Shown: piece by piece, positions 48,650 to 61,300 of the stretch
Numbering within the stretch: the stretch's first letter is position 1
Layout of the letters: every line of letters begins with the position of its first letter
Assembly: GCF_016432865.1 (NCBI RefSeq)
Contig: NC_067400.1
Span: 442,680,001 to 442,744,000 of the forward strand
Source: Antechinus flavipes
Taxonomy: Eukaryota
DNA: 64,000 nucleotides
Direction of reading: 5' to 3'
Notes under the pieces: model-generated
Database searches by the model: none
Told to the model about the DNA's origin: nothing
Seen by the model: the letters and a program-made list of their open reading frames with translations, nothing else
Position numbers and translations under genes: made by a program

Positions 48650-49395
48650 ACCTGTAATATGACATCTGATCTTATCTCTCAATTGAAATACTCTCCAAAA
48701 TTGGCATTGATTTTTTAATTGACAAACATAACTTTTCCTAACTCTTTTCCTTCTTGACTCCTCTAATTTATTTTAAATTGTTAGTACTCTTTTTCTCTAT
48801 ATACTTTTTAACCTCTGGGGTTTTGTGACATTGTTCTCTCTGATTCTCATATCTGTATGGCCCCTCCTCAATCTCCTTTGCTTGATTTTAATCTATGTCA
48901 TACTTAACTGTGAGTATAGCCCAAGACTTTATACTGAATCCTCTTCTTTTTTCTATTCTCTCAGAGATTTCATGGGTTTAATTCTCATCTCCATATCTCC
49001 ATGCTCAGATTCACAACTCCCTTCCGAGGGTCTCTTCAGATATTGCTCAGCTGTCATATCTGCCAGTTCTTTCATTACCCATGGAGATAGTTCATCTGAG
49101 TTGGGTGGTTATAATTCATCAAGAACAACTAGATACTTTTTTATCATCACCATACTTTTTTGGGTATCGATCCCAATTAGCAATTTTTGCTCTGTCTTTC
49201 CAGTGCAATAATGATAAAAGTAGCTTATTAGCTAAAACTGACCGTCTAGTTAGGAATATAGTTCAAGTTCAAACCTGGCTGAGTGACCTTAGGCACATTC
49301 AATCATTCAATGTTCTAACAAGTTTCAGGGAAGATGCTAATCTGTACCAAGGAATTTGAACAGAAGAATAACATAGTTATACCTATCACCTTAAT

Positions 49396-50332
49396 TATTT
49401 CTTTTTCAAAAAATATTTTATTTTTCCCAATTTCATGTAAAAATAATTTTAACATTTTTTTTGAAGTTTTGAACTCCAAATTCTATTCCTCTTTCTCTCC
49501 TCTGAGATGATGAGCAATCTGATATAGATTATACCTACACCATGTAAAACATCTCTTTATTAGTCACTTTATGGAAAAAAGAGAGAGAGAATTGGTATAC
49601 TTTGATCTGTACTCGGATACCAACAGTTGTCTCTCTAGAAGCAGATAACATTTTTTTGTCACGAGTCCTTTGGGATTGTCTTAGATCATTGCATTGCTAG
49701 TAATAGCTAAGTCGTTCACAGCTGTTTATCATATAATATAGTTGTTATTGTGCACAATGTTTTCCTGGCTCTGCTCACTTCACTCTGTCTATTCATATAA
49801 GTCTCTCCAAGTTTTTCTGAAATCCACTTGTTTGTCATTTCTTGTAACACAATAGTATTCAATTACATTCATATACTACAACTTGTTTAGCCATTATCTA
49901 ATTGATGGGCATCCCCTAAATTTCCAAATCTTGGGTATCTCAAAAAGAGTTGCTATAAATATTCTTGTTCAAATATTTCATTTTCCCTTTTTAAAAAATC
50001 TTTTTGGGATACAGACCAAGTAGTGATATTGCTGTGTCAAGTGATATATAAAATTGATTGCCCTTTGGACATAATTCCAAGTTGCTCTGCAGAATAGTTG
50101 GATCAATTTACAATTCCACCAATAATGTATTAGTGTCCCAGTTTTCCCACATCCCCTCCAATATTTATTATTTTTCTTTTCTGTATGTTAGCCAATTTGA
50201 TGGGTCTGATATAGTATCTCAGAGTTATTTTAATTTGCATTTCTTTAATCAATCGTGGTTTAGATCATTTTTTCCTAGATAGCTTTGATTTGTTTGAAAT
50301 GTCTGTTCATATACTTTGACTATTTCTCAATT
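49396..50332 (-). mobile_element. 5'-truncated older L1 (3'UTR + ORF2 end)
   Basis: T-rich tail at 49396. Reverse complement of GCPSI/CWRGC motifs (ATTGATGGGCATCCCC, CCCACATCCCCTCCAA). Confidence 0.88.
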
Positions 50333-51284
50333 TCACCTGGATTAGTTCAATAGCTTCCTGGTTGGACTCTGTCTCAAGTACTTCCACTCTGTTCCACTCA
50401 GATTTCAAGGTGATTTTCCTAAAGCATAGCCCTGATATGTAATTCCCCTCCCTCTCTCAACTTATTCCAGCAGCCTCCTACATTTCCTCTACAATCAAAC
50501 ATAAAATTTTCTGTTTGGCATTTGCTATTATTTCATGTTGTCTCCACCATTAGAATATGAATTGCTTCACAGCAGGAACCATGTTTTTGATTTTTTTTTT
50601 TCACATTTCCCTGCTACTTAGCATAGTGTTTGACACCTAGTACTGAACTTAATTCCACTGACCCTTCTGATAGAATCAAAACAGGGCTTTCTCCCATGAC
50701 TTCTCTCCAATATTCTCCAATTCCTTACTGTAGGAACTTTCATTAATTCAAAAAAGGCTAGGTCATGATTTATGACTGTGGTCAAGCTTCCAAGAAATGT
50801 GGACCACAATTCAATTTGGGTTATGGCCAAAAATACAATTTCTATCATGAAACCTGACAGGGACAAGGAAACAAGTAGATGGTAGAGAATTTATGTTTTA
50901 ACAAATTTTTCCTGCTAATTAGAATTTTATCTGTTCCAATTCTTATGATCTTCAAAGTCTTAGGTTTCTCATATGTAAAATGGGATAATAATTGCATGTA
51001 TGTCAGAAAGAAAGAAAAATGGGATAATGTATCAAGGCCCATGGCAAGTCTTGAATCATTACTCATGTCAAATATCATTATTCATGGCTTTAGTGTTGGC
51101 AGAAAGCCATGATATCTGAAAATGATATTATTCATAAAAAATCCAGGAAGTCCAATGAGATAATGTAAATGAATATACAGAAAAATATTCCATGTTCTGG
51201 GAAAGTAGAAGGATGAATCAGAGTACATGAACTAACTGGTGAAGAGTGCCTTCTGAGATCATTCTCAATGTGACTTGTCTAGAT

Positions 51285-51646
51285 CAAAGCTTGTGAAACT
51301 ATTAGTTTAAGTTAGAATCTTAAACTGAATTCCCATAACTGAATGTTATGTGGAGTCATGAAAAATCTGACAACATAAAAGGTTATTAAATAGCCTTTAA
51401 ATTTTTATGTAAAAATAAACAAGTACTTCCATCTTATTAATATGCAAATTTGCTTTCATCCTTAATCAATGATAAAATTATGTGTATACCTAAGAATTAT
51501 TTTAAAATAAATTTCTTTATGATTTACTACCAGTAAATATTTGATTTGTATATCTATTTATTTTATACACCTATACATTCCTGGGGTTATATAAAAATTT
51601 CTGAGGCAAAAAGGGGTTGTGAGTGGAAAATGTTTAAGAAGCTTTA
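51285..51646. mobile_element. hAT (Charlie-type) non-autonomous DNA transposon/MITE, 362 bp
   Basis: Exact 8-bp TSD GTCTAGAT (51277-51284, 51647-51654). Imperfect 16-bp TIRs CAAAGCTTGTGAAACT / TGTTTAAGAAGCTTTA (12/16 match). Confidence 0.8.
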
Positions 51647-53249
51647 GTCTAGATCCTAAGAGGTAACTGGTCATGAAGGCTGGATGTATAACTCAGGTAG
51701 CAGGGCCTATTAATCCTGCTATTCTTCCACTTCATTTAATTATTGCACAAACCAAAAAGTGATCCTTCACTTTTCTATTTTATCATTCTATGAAATCATT
51801 TCCTAGTTTAAGAAAGAAAGAAAGAACTATAGGCCCAGAGTTTGAAATTCTGTACAAAAAGCCTGGATAGTAGCAGTCAGCACTGAGGTCAAAGAGTTTT
51901 ACACAGAGTTTTACAGTCTCCCTGACTATATAGCCTGTGGTCCCAGGAGCCAGTAACTGTAATTGCTCCCCTAATGGCCAGAAGGCGTCAGCTTCTTTTC
52001 AAACTATAATTCAGGTTGACTTGTTAAGTTTCTGTGGGCCTAAAAAAGTCACTGGTTTCTGAGCTATTCCCTCAGACATCTCTAGATCTGAATATCCAGG
52101 AAAAATGAGGTAGGGTGGGAGTAATGGTTCTTAGCCTCAATGGTTTGAACTTCCAAGGTTTAGGAAGAGTTCCTGGTAACTAGATAACAATTGTATAAAT
52201 CTACATTTAAAAAAAAAATTCTCTCTCACTCCCTTCCAATAATTATCACCCAGACTGCCTGGCTTGTAAATTGCCAAGTTCTAAACAAAGACCTTCCCTT
52301 ATGGGACATCTTTTTCCTTTTATGAATATTCTAAAATGTACTTTTAATGTGACAAAACCTTTAAAATCATTTATATGGCAATTTATTTCCCACCAAATAC
52401 ATAATGTTCCCAATCATTAAAGAATGCTGAATTTAATTAACCAGAAAGAACATGACTTTACTTTGTTCTTCAAACATACTACGTTTTTCAAATTCATTTA
52501 TAGACTAGGAGAATAGCTGACAGTACTGAGAAGAGTGGGCCTTAGTGGACAAAGGATAGGACTTGATATCAAGAAGACGTAGGTTGCAAACATGCTAAAA
52601 GACCCTTACTAAATGTGTGACCTTAAATAAATCACTGAACTTTCTCCATGTCTCAATCTTCTTTTCTTTAAAAGGGAGAAAATAATAGCATCTATTTTTT
52701 AGATTTATGATGATAAAATAATATATTGTCCCCCACATCCCCTATGATTATTATCAGGATCAAGTGAGGTAATGTAAATAAAATGGTTTCCCTTTAAAGA
52801 TGAAAGAGAAATGTAATTTGTGGGACATAATTATTACTGGATTTGATGAACTATCTGGTTTTTGCCATGTTTGGTTTAAGAATACTGTATTTTATAGAGT
52901 GCCATATGTTTCTTTTTTAAGTGGATTTTATTAATCTTTTTTGGTTTACATTGCTTTAATTCTCCTTTATATACTCCTCTTCCTTAACTCTTTCAGAAAG
53001 CCACTCCTATGAGAAATAAAATTTTTAAAAGAAAAAGAAGAAAAAAAAAGTCAAACACAAAACTAAAAACACACAAACATCCAAAAAAATCTGAAAATAT
53101 GTGTACTCATGCAAAGGGGTAGAGAAAAGTATTTCATAGGTCAAAGGCAGCTAGATGGTACAGTGAAGAAAGTACTGGGCTTAAGGATCTCAAACTCAAA
53201 TGAAAGAGACAATACATACACATACCTGAGAAATTTGATGGAGATTTTT

Positions 53250-53945
53250 TTTTTCTTATTCAACCATTTCCCTTCTTAGTCTAAATGCCTTAATTTTGTT
53301 TGTTTAGAGACTTTTCAATTTCATATAATAAAAATTTTCCATTTTATCTTTTGTAATTGTCTATATTTCTTGCTTTATTTAGAATATGCCTTCTACTCAA
53401 ATATCTGAAAGAATAATTTTTTAATGACACAATCTTCAATTTCAAGGTAACATTGTTTTTGAATTTACTGTGGAATATAGCATAGGATGTTGCTCTAAGC
53501 CTAATTTCTGCCAGACAGTTTTCTAGTTTTCCCAGTTATTCTTATCCAATAGGCAGTTCTTTCCTAAGTAATTTATTATTTGGAGTTTGTCAAACATTTG
53601 CTTGTCGAGATGCATTATTTCTGCCCATTCTATCTTGTCTAGTTTGTTACATTTTTAACCAATTCCAAATGGTTTTCATAACACTCTTTATAGTCAAGTT
53701 TAAAGACTAGAAACTATATTTCTCCCTTCCTTTCTAACCTTTTAGATTACTTGCTTTGATATTCTACTTCTTTTATTTCTCCAAAAGGATTTTGTTATTA
53801 TTTTATTGATTCCTCCGATGCAAATTTTGATTGTTATAACTGAAAAATTGTAAATTAATTTTGATAGTATTGTCATTTTCTTTTATTGGCATAGCTCAGT
53901 CATGATCATTTTATAGTCTTCATTATTTAGGTTCCTTGTTTCTTT
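53250..53945 (-). mobile_element. Old L1 ORF2 internal fragment
   Basis: Reverse-complement motifs such as CTAAGCCTAATTTCTGCCAGAC...CTAGTTTTCCCAG (WENWxxxWQKLG). Confidence 0.75.
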
Positions 53946-54789
53946 AAAATCTTTGTGACTAGATTAATAGATCAAATATCTTCAAAATAGAAAATCTTAA
54001 AATGTGGCCCCTAATTCTCAATTACAAACAGCACATGAAATGTTGAATGCTTAGCACCAGTGACAAGTTATTTCACTTGGGTCAAAATTTCATTATCTAT
54101 AAAATGAAGAATTGATTAGGTTATATTTAATCTTTTATGTTCTCTGGGCCTTAGTTTATTCATCTACAAAGTGAAAGTTTGGGTTATGTTATAGTTAACT
54201 CTATTTTTCTATGATTCTTTTGCTTTTTAGATTTCTTTCCTTTTTTATCTAGGCTGGAAGTACAGCAACCTCTAAAAAGTCTGACCCTGTTGCTGATCAG
54301 CACAGAAACTTTTTCCTGCTTGTTTCTGATCTGGCCCAGGTTGCCCCTTCTTAGGCAGTATGGGGCCTCTTGAACATGAAATATTACTATATTGATGTCA
54401 GACTTTGTTGCACACCTACCTAATCTTCTTAGACTTACTGTGGTTTGAAACTCAAGCATTCAATAACCTTAGCCTCCCTAGAAGCCATTGCTCAGGGCAT
54501 CACACAGTGGGGTGACTTCTGGATATGGAACCATTCAGTAGCTTTAACACTTCTATCAAAGACCCACTATCTTTGGGACTCAGACTTACATGGAATTTTA
54601 GATCAAGCTAACTAGCATCAATTGGATGCTCTATCACACTTGACTGATTCTGTGACTATAATCTCAATCAATTAATATTTAAATGATCTCTTAAGGGTAA
54701 CACAACTTAAAATTGCTTTAAAACATTCAAATTAATTCTGTTCAACCAATAAGTACTTAAGTATTTACTATCTTCAAGGCATTGCTGTT

Positions 54790-55270
54790 TATTCTATGTT
54801 CTTGAAGACAACCAATGGTCTCAGGAGTAATGTTTTGACTTGCAAGTGAATTTGATTTAATTTCTGTGCAAAATTGTCGACTTTATTCTCCTCCAGGGTC
54901 ATCTGAATCCAGTGGTAAGACATAGGATGGAATGACTAGAAATGGCCCCATGTGCAATGGGAGACCTTGGCGTTTTTAAGATAAGGTCTTTCCTGGGTCT
55001 CAGTTTCTCCCATTCAGTGATTTAAAACTAGGTAAGAAATGAGGTAAGATATGGACTAGTTTATCTACTCACAAACAAAAAACAAAATCAAAGCATTTCT
55101 GACTAGAGTAGAAACAATTGCTATTTACCCTCACTCTGAGATACCAAAATCTAAACTATGCTCAAATGAGGTTTGGATTATTAACCAATCAGTGAAAGCC
55201 AAACTAAACTGGCTTTAGCATGATCAGGTAGCTCCATTTAAATTCCAATGAGCTTAATCAAAGTCTGTTT
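54790..55270 (-). mobile_element. Marsupial RTE-associated SINE-like repeat (WALLSI/RTESINE-type)
   Basis: TGCAAGTGAATTTGATTTAA...ATCTGAATCCAGTGG...GGGAGACCTTGGCGTTTTTAAG, matching a common marsupial repeat from memory. Family name uncertain. Confidence 0.55.
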
Positions 55271-55515
55271 TTTCAGAGCTGTATTTCAAGAAATTGTAAA
55301 TGAAACTAGATGGGGGGGGGGGGGAGGAAGACTTAATTGCCCTACTTAAAAAAAAAAAAAAAAAAAAAAAGAATGATACAATAAATAAGTAGGCACTGTG
55401 CTAGGCACTAGGGATATAAAGACCAAAAGGGCCTTGACTTGAAGGAGCTGAGGTGATATTGGGGAAAACATCATGAATATAGGGACAGGAAGTGGACTTA
55501 AGATTTATTGATCTA

Positions 55516-56024
55516 TGTGTTGCAGGAGAGTTCAGATGAAGAGCAGCAGAGTTTCATAGCAATAACAGTTAATAAAGATTTATTACATCTCACAAGAAGA
55601 GAAGAACAGTTGCCAACAGGGAACAATTTCCTTTGCCCCAAACCCCTTGCTGAGGGCATCACACAGTGGGGTGAATTCTGAATATGGAACCATTCAATAG
55701 CTTTAACACTTTTATAAAAGTCCCAGGTACCTTTGGGACTCAGACTTATATGAAGTTTTAGATCAAGCTAACCAGCATCAATAGGAGCCCGTGCTGTTAT
55801 TCAGAAGGACAGAGTCAGGATGAGTGAAGTGAAGGCATTTTCTAAATTACCTAATAAGGAATGAGGAAGGAGAAGCAGGGATATAGGGAACTTAGCTCTA
55901 TGCCAATCCATCAAGGGGCAAAGGAAAGAAGATAATGACCGTTTTTTGGGTTTATTAGCATTGGTGACCAAGCTTCTTGGGAGAATAAGTACTTTCTAGT
56001 CAAACTAGCTTTCACCAGCTCACA
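55516..56024 (-). mobile_element. Probable older solo LTR (~509 bp)
   Basis: TGTG...CACA termini, possible 5-bp TSD ATCTA/ATTTA, and AATAAAGATTTATT (a polyA signal on both strands) ~55 bp from the left end. Confidence 0.5.
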
Positions 56025-57354
56025 ATTTAATGAACTTATACATAAGAAAATTTCCTCTATCAATGCAATTTGACATCTTTTCTGCAACTAATAGTCTTGG
56101 AGATTTGCCTACAGTACTTTAAGGTAAAATAACTTGCCCAGGATTGCACAGTATGAGTCAGAGTTGAATTCAGATCTTGGCTTTATGTGCTCACTCTCTA
56201 CCATGTCATGCTGTTTTTCCTCATGCACATAGATTAAATAAATTCAAAGTATAAACACAAAGTGAATACAAAATAATACCATGGTACCTTAAGTGAAAAC
56301 TAGTACTAAGCCCTCACGTTGTAAAGGAAAAACTTCATATAGAAGTGGTACCCAAACTGTCTGACCCTATTCTACTGCTACCTGTCACTCAACACAATTT
56401 ATGACAGCTCTTTTAAAAAAATAGATCAGTCCAGTTACAAGGTCAGTCAATATGTTTTTTTTGTTGCCTAAAAACTGGCCTAACTTCCAGTTCTATTAAC
56501 ACCTTATTAATTGTTTCAATATCATCAAGATAACTTCACAAAATAGTTATGTATTCTCTTTTTATTTCTAGGAGAGAAATCATATGGTGTTCTACTTTCT
56601 AAGGGGTCTCTAAAGGAATCAGTAGAAATTCTTTCTCCATGGAAGAAAACACCAATGTGTCATCCTTTGATTTCATTTTATTCTGACAGAGAATTTTTTA
56701 AAATTAGACATGAAATGCATTTTACAAACAAGTTTTTCTCTAGTTTGAGGTGGTTCTCTGCAGCTGTTTAGGCCAAACTTTTAATTTGTCTTAGGCATGC
56801 TGTGAGTTTTCACAAATAATATCATGAATAATTTTTCATTAAAAATATTTTTAGCCCTTAAGGTTTCAATAGGGAAGCAAGAGTTATAAGGAATTTTATG
56901 GATATGTTTTGTTATGTTTTCATTTCTATTACACCATCATTTGCAAATTAGTTTTATCAAATGCATTCTCATAATGTATTAGACTTATGGGATCATAATA
57001 TTTAGGGCTTAAGAGATTTTAATGATCTAGACCATCCTCTCATTTTATAGAGAAAGAAGATGTCATAAGAGATCCCAGAGAAGTAATAAGGATCAAATAT
57101 TTAGAACTGAAAGAAAGTTCTTAAATGTAAAAGCTATATTAGTTCAGCTACCTCAATTAACCAATAAACTGAAACACAAAAAGCTTGAATTACTTAAGAA
57201 ATAAATTCAGTATCAGAATTGGGAGCTGAACTCAGGTTTTCCTAGCACCAAGTACTGTAACCCCACTGACTTGCCATATCACATGATACAATGGGATCAA
57301 GAATTGGATTTGGATTAGAGATATTGGCATATTATCATTAAGATATAATATCAT

Positions 57355-57505
57355 GGAGCAGTTAAATGATGCAATAAATTGAGCACCAATTTTAGAGTCA
57401 GGAGGACCTGAGTTCAAATCTAGACTTAGACACTTAATATTTATTAGTTGTGTGACCCAGAGCAAATCACTTAACTCCAACTGCCATAAAAAATAAACAA
57501 ATAAA
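57355..57505 (+). mobile_element. Diverged WSINE1
   Basis: GAGTCAGGAGGACCTGAGTTCAAATC (B box)...CACTTAACTCCAACTGCC plus A tail. Confidence 0.8.
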
Positions 57506-58934
57506 AGCTGTGATATCATAAGGATAAATTTAAATGTAAAAATAAGAGTATAAGTAAAATCTGGCATTAATCCTTTGTTACAAAGATTCAAATTACATTA
57601 TTTAAATTATAATTATTATTAATATACCATTTATGAGACTGACTAATTGAAATTTAATAGTGATAAATGTAAATTTCTGAAATTAGACTCAAAAAATCAG
57701 CTGCAGACACATAAGACAGAAGTATATGGCCTATAACCACAATTTATTTTATACTATTAATGTTCAGATTCTATGTATTCTGTGTTATTTCAGAGAAGAA
57801 AAGCAGAACCAATAGTGAAGAATTACCAAGAGGCAGACTGGTTCAATATGAAGATCTTCTTAACAATTAGAGCTTTCTTTAAATGGAATAAAGTATCTTG
57901 TAGTGAGTTCCTTTTCCAAAACCTTGATAACCAATTGTGGTCAAACATTCAACAACTATTGAAAACAATCATTGTCAGAAATTCTTTCAATCTAGTCCTG
58001 ATGAAGTACCTACTATGCAAAACACTGAGAATATTTTTAAAAATCATCTCTGCTTTCAAAGACCTTAACAGCCTACCTTGATTGTGTTCAAAATATGTAT
58101 TATGACATTGATTATATTTCTGCATGGAATAAGTAGTTGAAGTAGGTAATACCTGTGAGTCCCTTTCAAAGCTAAGAGTTTGAGTCTAAGTGCACAAATA
58201 GACATATGCCTAGTGGACATTTATCAATATTCCAGCATATGCCTCTAAGAACACATAGAGGTAAAGAGAACAGAGCTGACTCCATTGTTGACTATAAACA
58301 CTAGATGACCCTTTTCTCTGGAAGTTACCACAAGAATATTAGACAAGTAGTATTTTATGAAAATAAACAAAATTTTATTTGAATTTAAATTAACTTGAAA
58401 ACCCAATGCCAGCTAATCTCTCATGTTCCTTATCAGGCTTAACAACTGAGGGTACAATATGGATAAAAATATCAAGTGACATTAGAGCTCTCACCATTCC
58501 CATAAGGCCGGACACTTTGGTTATATTAATATGAAGGCTCACCAGAAAGCACAACAGAATACTGCTGAATCAGAAAGATGTTGTTCTGATGATTGAGTTG
58601 GGACCTAGTAACACATAGTCCAGATACCTGAGAAGCCAAGGAAATTAGAAATTATTTTCTTCCACTTCATCAAAATCTCTGATATCCAAAATTCTTTGCA
58701 TTTAAAGCTTTAGATATGAGAGTAGAGAGGGCCTTTTTTGTTTGTTGTTTTCTTTCTGCTCATAGCTGGTAGAACTTTTATTATGTGACATGCTATAGAA
58801 TTAATGTATAAAATCTGGTTGCTGACTTACCTTTCCTGGAATGTCTAATACTTATTAGCTGTATAACTATAGACTTGTCATTAAAGGTCTCTGAGCCTTA
58901 GATGGCCCTTTGAAAACAACATCCATGTCATGTC

Positions 58935-59665
58935 CAAATGGCAACCAAATTGTGTATACCCTTTGATCCAGCAAACACATTATTGGGTCTATATCCCAAA
59001 AAAAATCATTTAAAAAAAGGGGGGAAAGAAACTTCTACAAAAACTATGTTACAGTAGTTCTTTTTTGCAGTGGTAAAGAATTAGAATTTGAGGGTGTGCT
59101 CTCAATTTTCATTTGAGGAATGATTGAATAAGTCATGGTATATGAATGCAATAGAACACGAACCATTGTACTATAAAAACGATGAGCAAGTGAACTTCAG
59201 AAAAACCTGGAAAAGCTTATGTGAATCATTGAAAAATGAAGTGAGTAAAACCAGGAGAACATTGTACATAGTAAAAGCAAAATATGGTTGTGATGATAAA
59301 CTATGATTGACGTAATTCTTCTCAGCAATACAATGAACCAAGACAACTCCAAAAGATTTCATGATAGAAAATTCTATCCACACCGAGAGAAAGAACTGAT
59401 GGAGTCTGAATATAAATCAAAGCATATTATTTTCACTTTATTTTCATGGACTATTTTTCCTATTCTTCTGTTTCTTTTTTCACAATATGAGTAATAGGGA
59501 AATATTTTACATGATTACACATATATAACTTATACAAAATTGCTTCCTGTCTTAAAGAGAAGATGGAGGGAGAGAGAAAATTTAGAACTCAAAATCTATT
59601 TTTAAAAGAATTTTTAAAATTGTCTTTACATATAATTGGAAAAAATAAAATACTACTTTAAAAAA
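58935..59665 (+). mobile_element. Old 5'-truncated L1 (ORF2 end + 3'UTR)
   Basis: ATACCCTTTGATCCAGCA and ORF fragment KSWYMNAIE...KTWKSL...EVSKTRRTLY. Confidence 0.85.
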
Positions 59666-60609
59666 GAAAGTAATTATCGTATGACGACTATAACATTGTC
59701 ATATCATATTCACCTCCCCAAACCTTGGCTCTGAGCACCTGTCCTTTAAGAATTTCATCACTTGCAAATGGGTCATCAAATGGACATAACAGAGTGTCTG
59801 ATTCCTAAATAAGGGCTATTTAGGGTTTTGTAGAGTTTTTTTGGATCACAAATTAGTTTTTGTTTCTTATTTTCAAAACATCTTATATTAGCCAAAGTTT
59901 TCTAGAAACAGAAGCACTTGCTAGACAACTCTCTTGGCTATGCCTTATGTCTCAATTTTCTCTTTTAGCTTTAAATGTCACATCTTCCACCTATTCCACT
60001 TACTAAGAAGCCCAGTTATTTCATACTCTTATGAAATGAAGCAGGCACTTCACAGAGTTCCAAGAATAGTTTGTCCTATTTAAGAAACAACAGATGGAAC
60101 AGTTAATGCCTCTCATTGCCTCATGTGTATTTAGCTGTGCTGCAGCTTTTCCTTTCCATGAAGGCCAAAAACAACTTTGCCACAACATAAAGGAAAGGAG
60201 CAGAATGGATGCCAAATCAACTTCTTCCTGCCATAATTGGTTCATGATCTGGGGTCCTTTTGCCAAACATCATGATCTCACATAGAAACTCATCCCAGAT
60301 GTGCCAGTCGCTAACCAAGTGTCATACCTTGGCCAGTGACCTGGTTGACGGTGCTATGTTGGTAATTGAGTATGAGGCCATTGGCTCTTCTCTGATAGTT
60401 CTCAGAAGAGAAATGTGTCTGCAGAATCACAGATCCAGACGTTAATCTTGTCTGGTGGCATTCCTGATGAGGAGAATTGGTAGGGTAAGCAATACTGAGA
60501 GAAGTCAGTTGAATTGGGAAACTCAAAGAGGAATTGTAACCGAGACTATATATCCTTCAAGGAACTTACAGATTATTAAAGTACATAAAAGGGTAAATGT
60601 TACCCAAGT

Positions 60610-61300
60610 CAAACCAGCAATAAGCATTTATTAAGCACTTACTTTGTGGTCATAGTGCTGAACACCAGAGAAACAAACAAACAAAAAAAAGCAAAAATAG
60701 TCTTTACCCTTAAAGAACTTACATTCTAATTGGAAAGGCAACGTAAACAACTATGTATATACCAGATATGTACATGGAAAAATGGGAAGTTATCTCAGAG
60801 GAAAGGCATGTGGAAGGGACCAAAAAAAAAAAAAAAAAAAAAAGGTTTTTTACAGAAAATGAGATTTAAGTTGAATTTCATAGTCTATCAGGAAATAGAA
60901 GTGCACAGAAACAGACTTGGTAGGTAGAATCTTCATATGTGAAAAATAGCAAGAAGAATCATTTATATTTTATCTTAAAGACAATAAGGAATAACTCAAA
61001 GTTTCTGAAAGAGCAGTAATATCCTCAAACTCCTTTCACATTTACATAAGAAATGAGGGACAGGGTGAAGACAAAAAGAATGATTAGGTAACTACCAGAA
61101 TAATCCAGACAAAACAGCATGAAAGCCAGTATAGCTGGATTAGAGAGTACCTGGAGAGCAATAAAATTAAGAACACTAGAAAGATAAAAAGAGGACATTT
61201 TTGATGGGCTTTAAATCACTGCTATTTATTGAATAAAGGGAGTGACTGGGTCAAATTTGTACTTTAGGAAGATCGTTTTGGCAGTTGAGGTAGGGAACAG
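60610..61300 (-). mobile_element. L2 3' fragment
   Basis: AATAAGCATTTATTAAGCACTTACTTTGTG start followed by a purine-rich body. Confidence 0.65.

Larger units (their letters stand above)
45150..49230 (+). mobile_element. L2 internal fragment that is the insertion target of the provirus
   Basis: Pyrimidine-rich L2-type sequence on both sides of the ACCTGT TSD. Confidence 0.55.
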
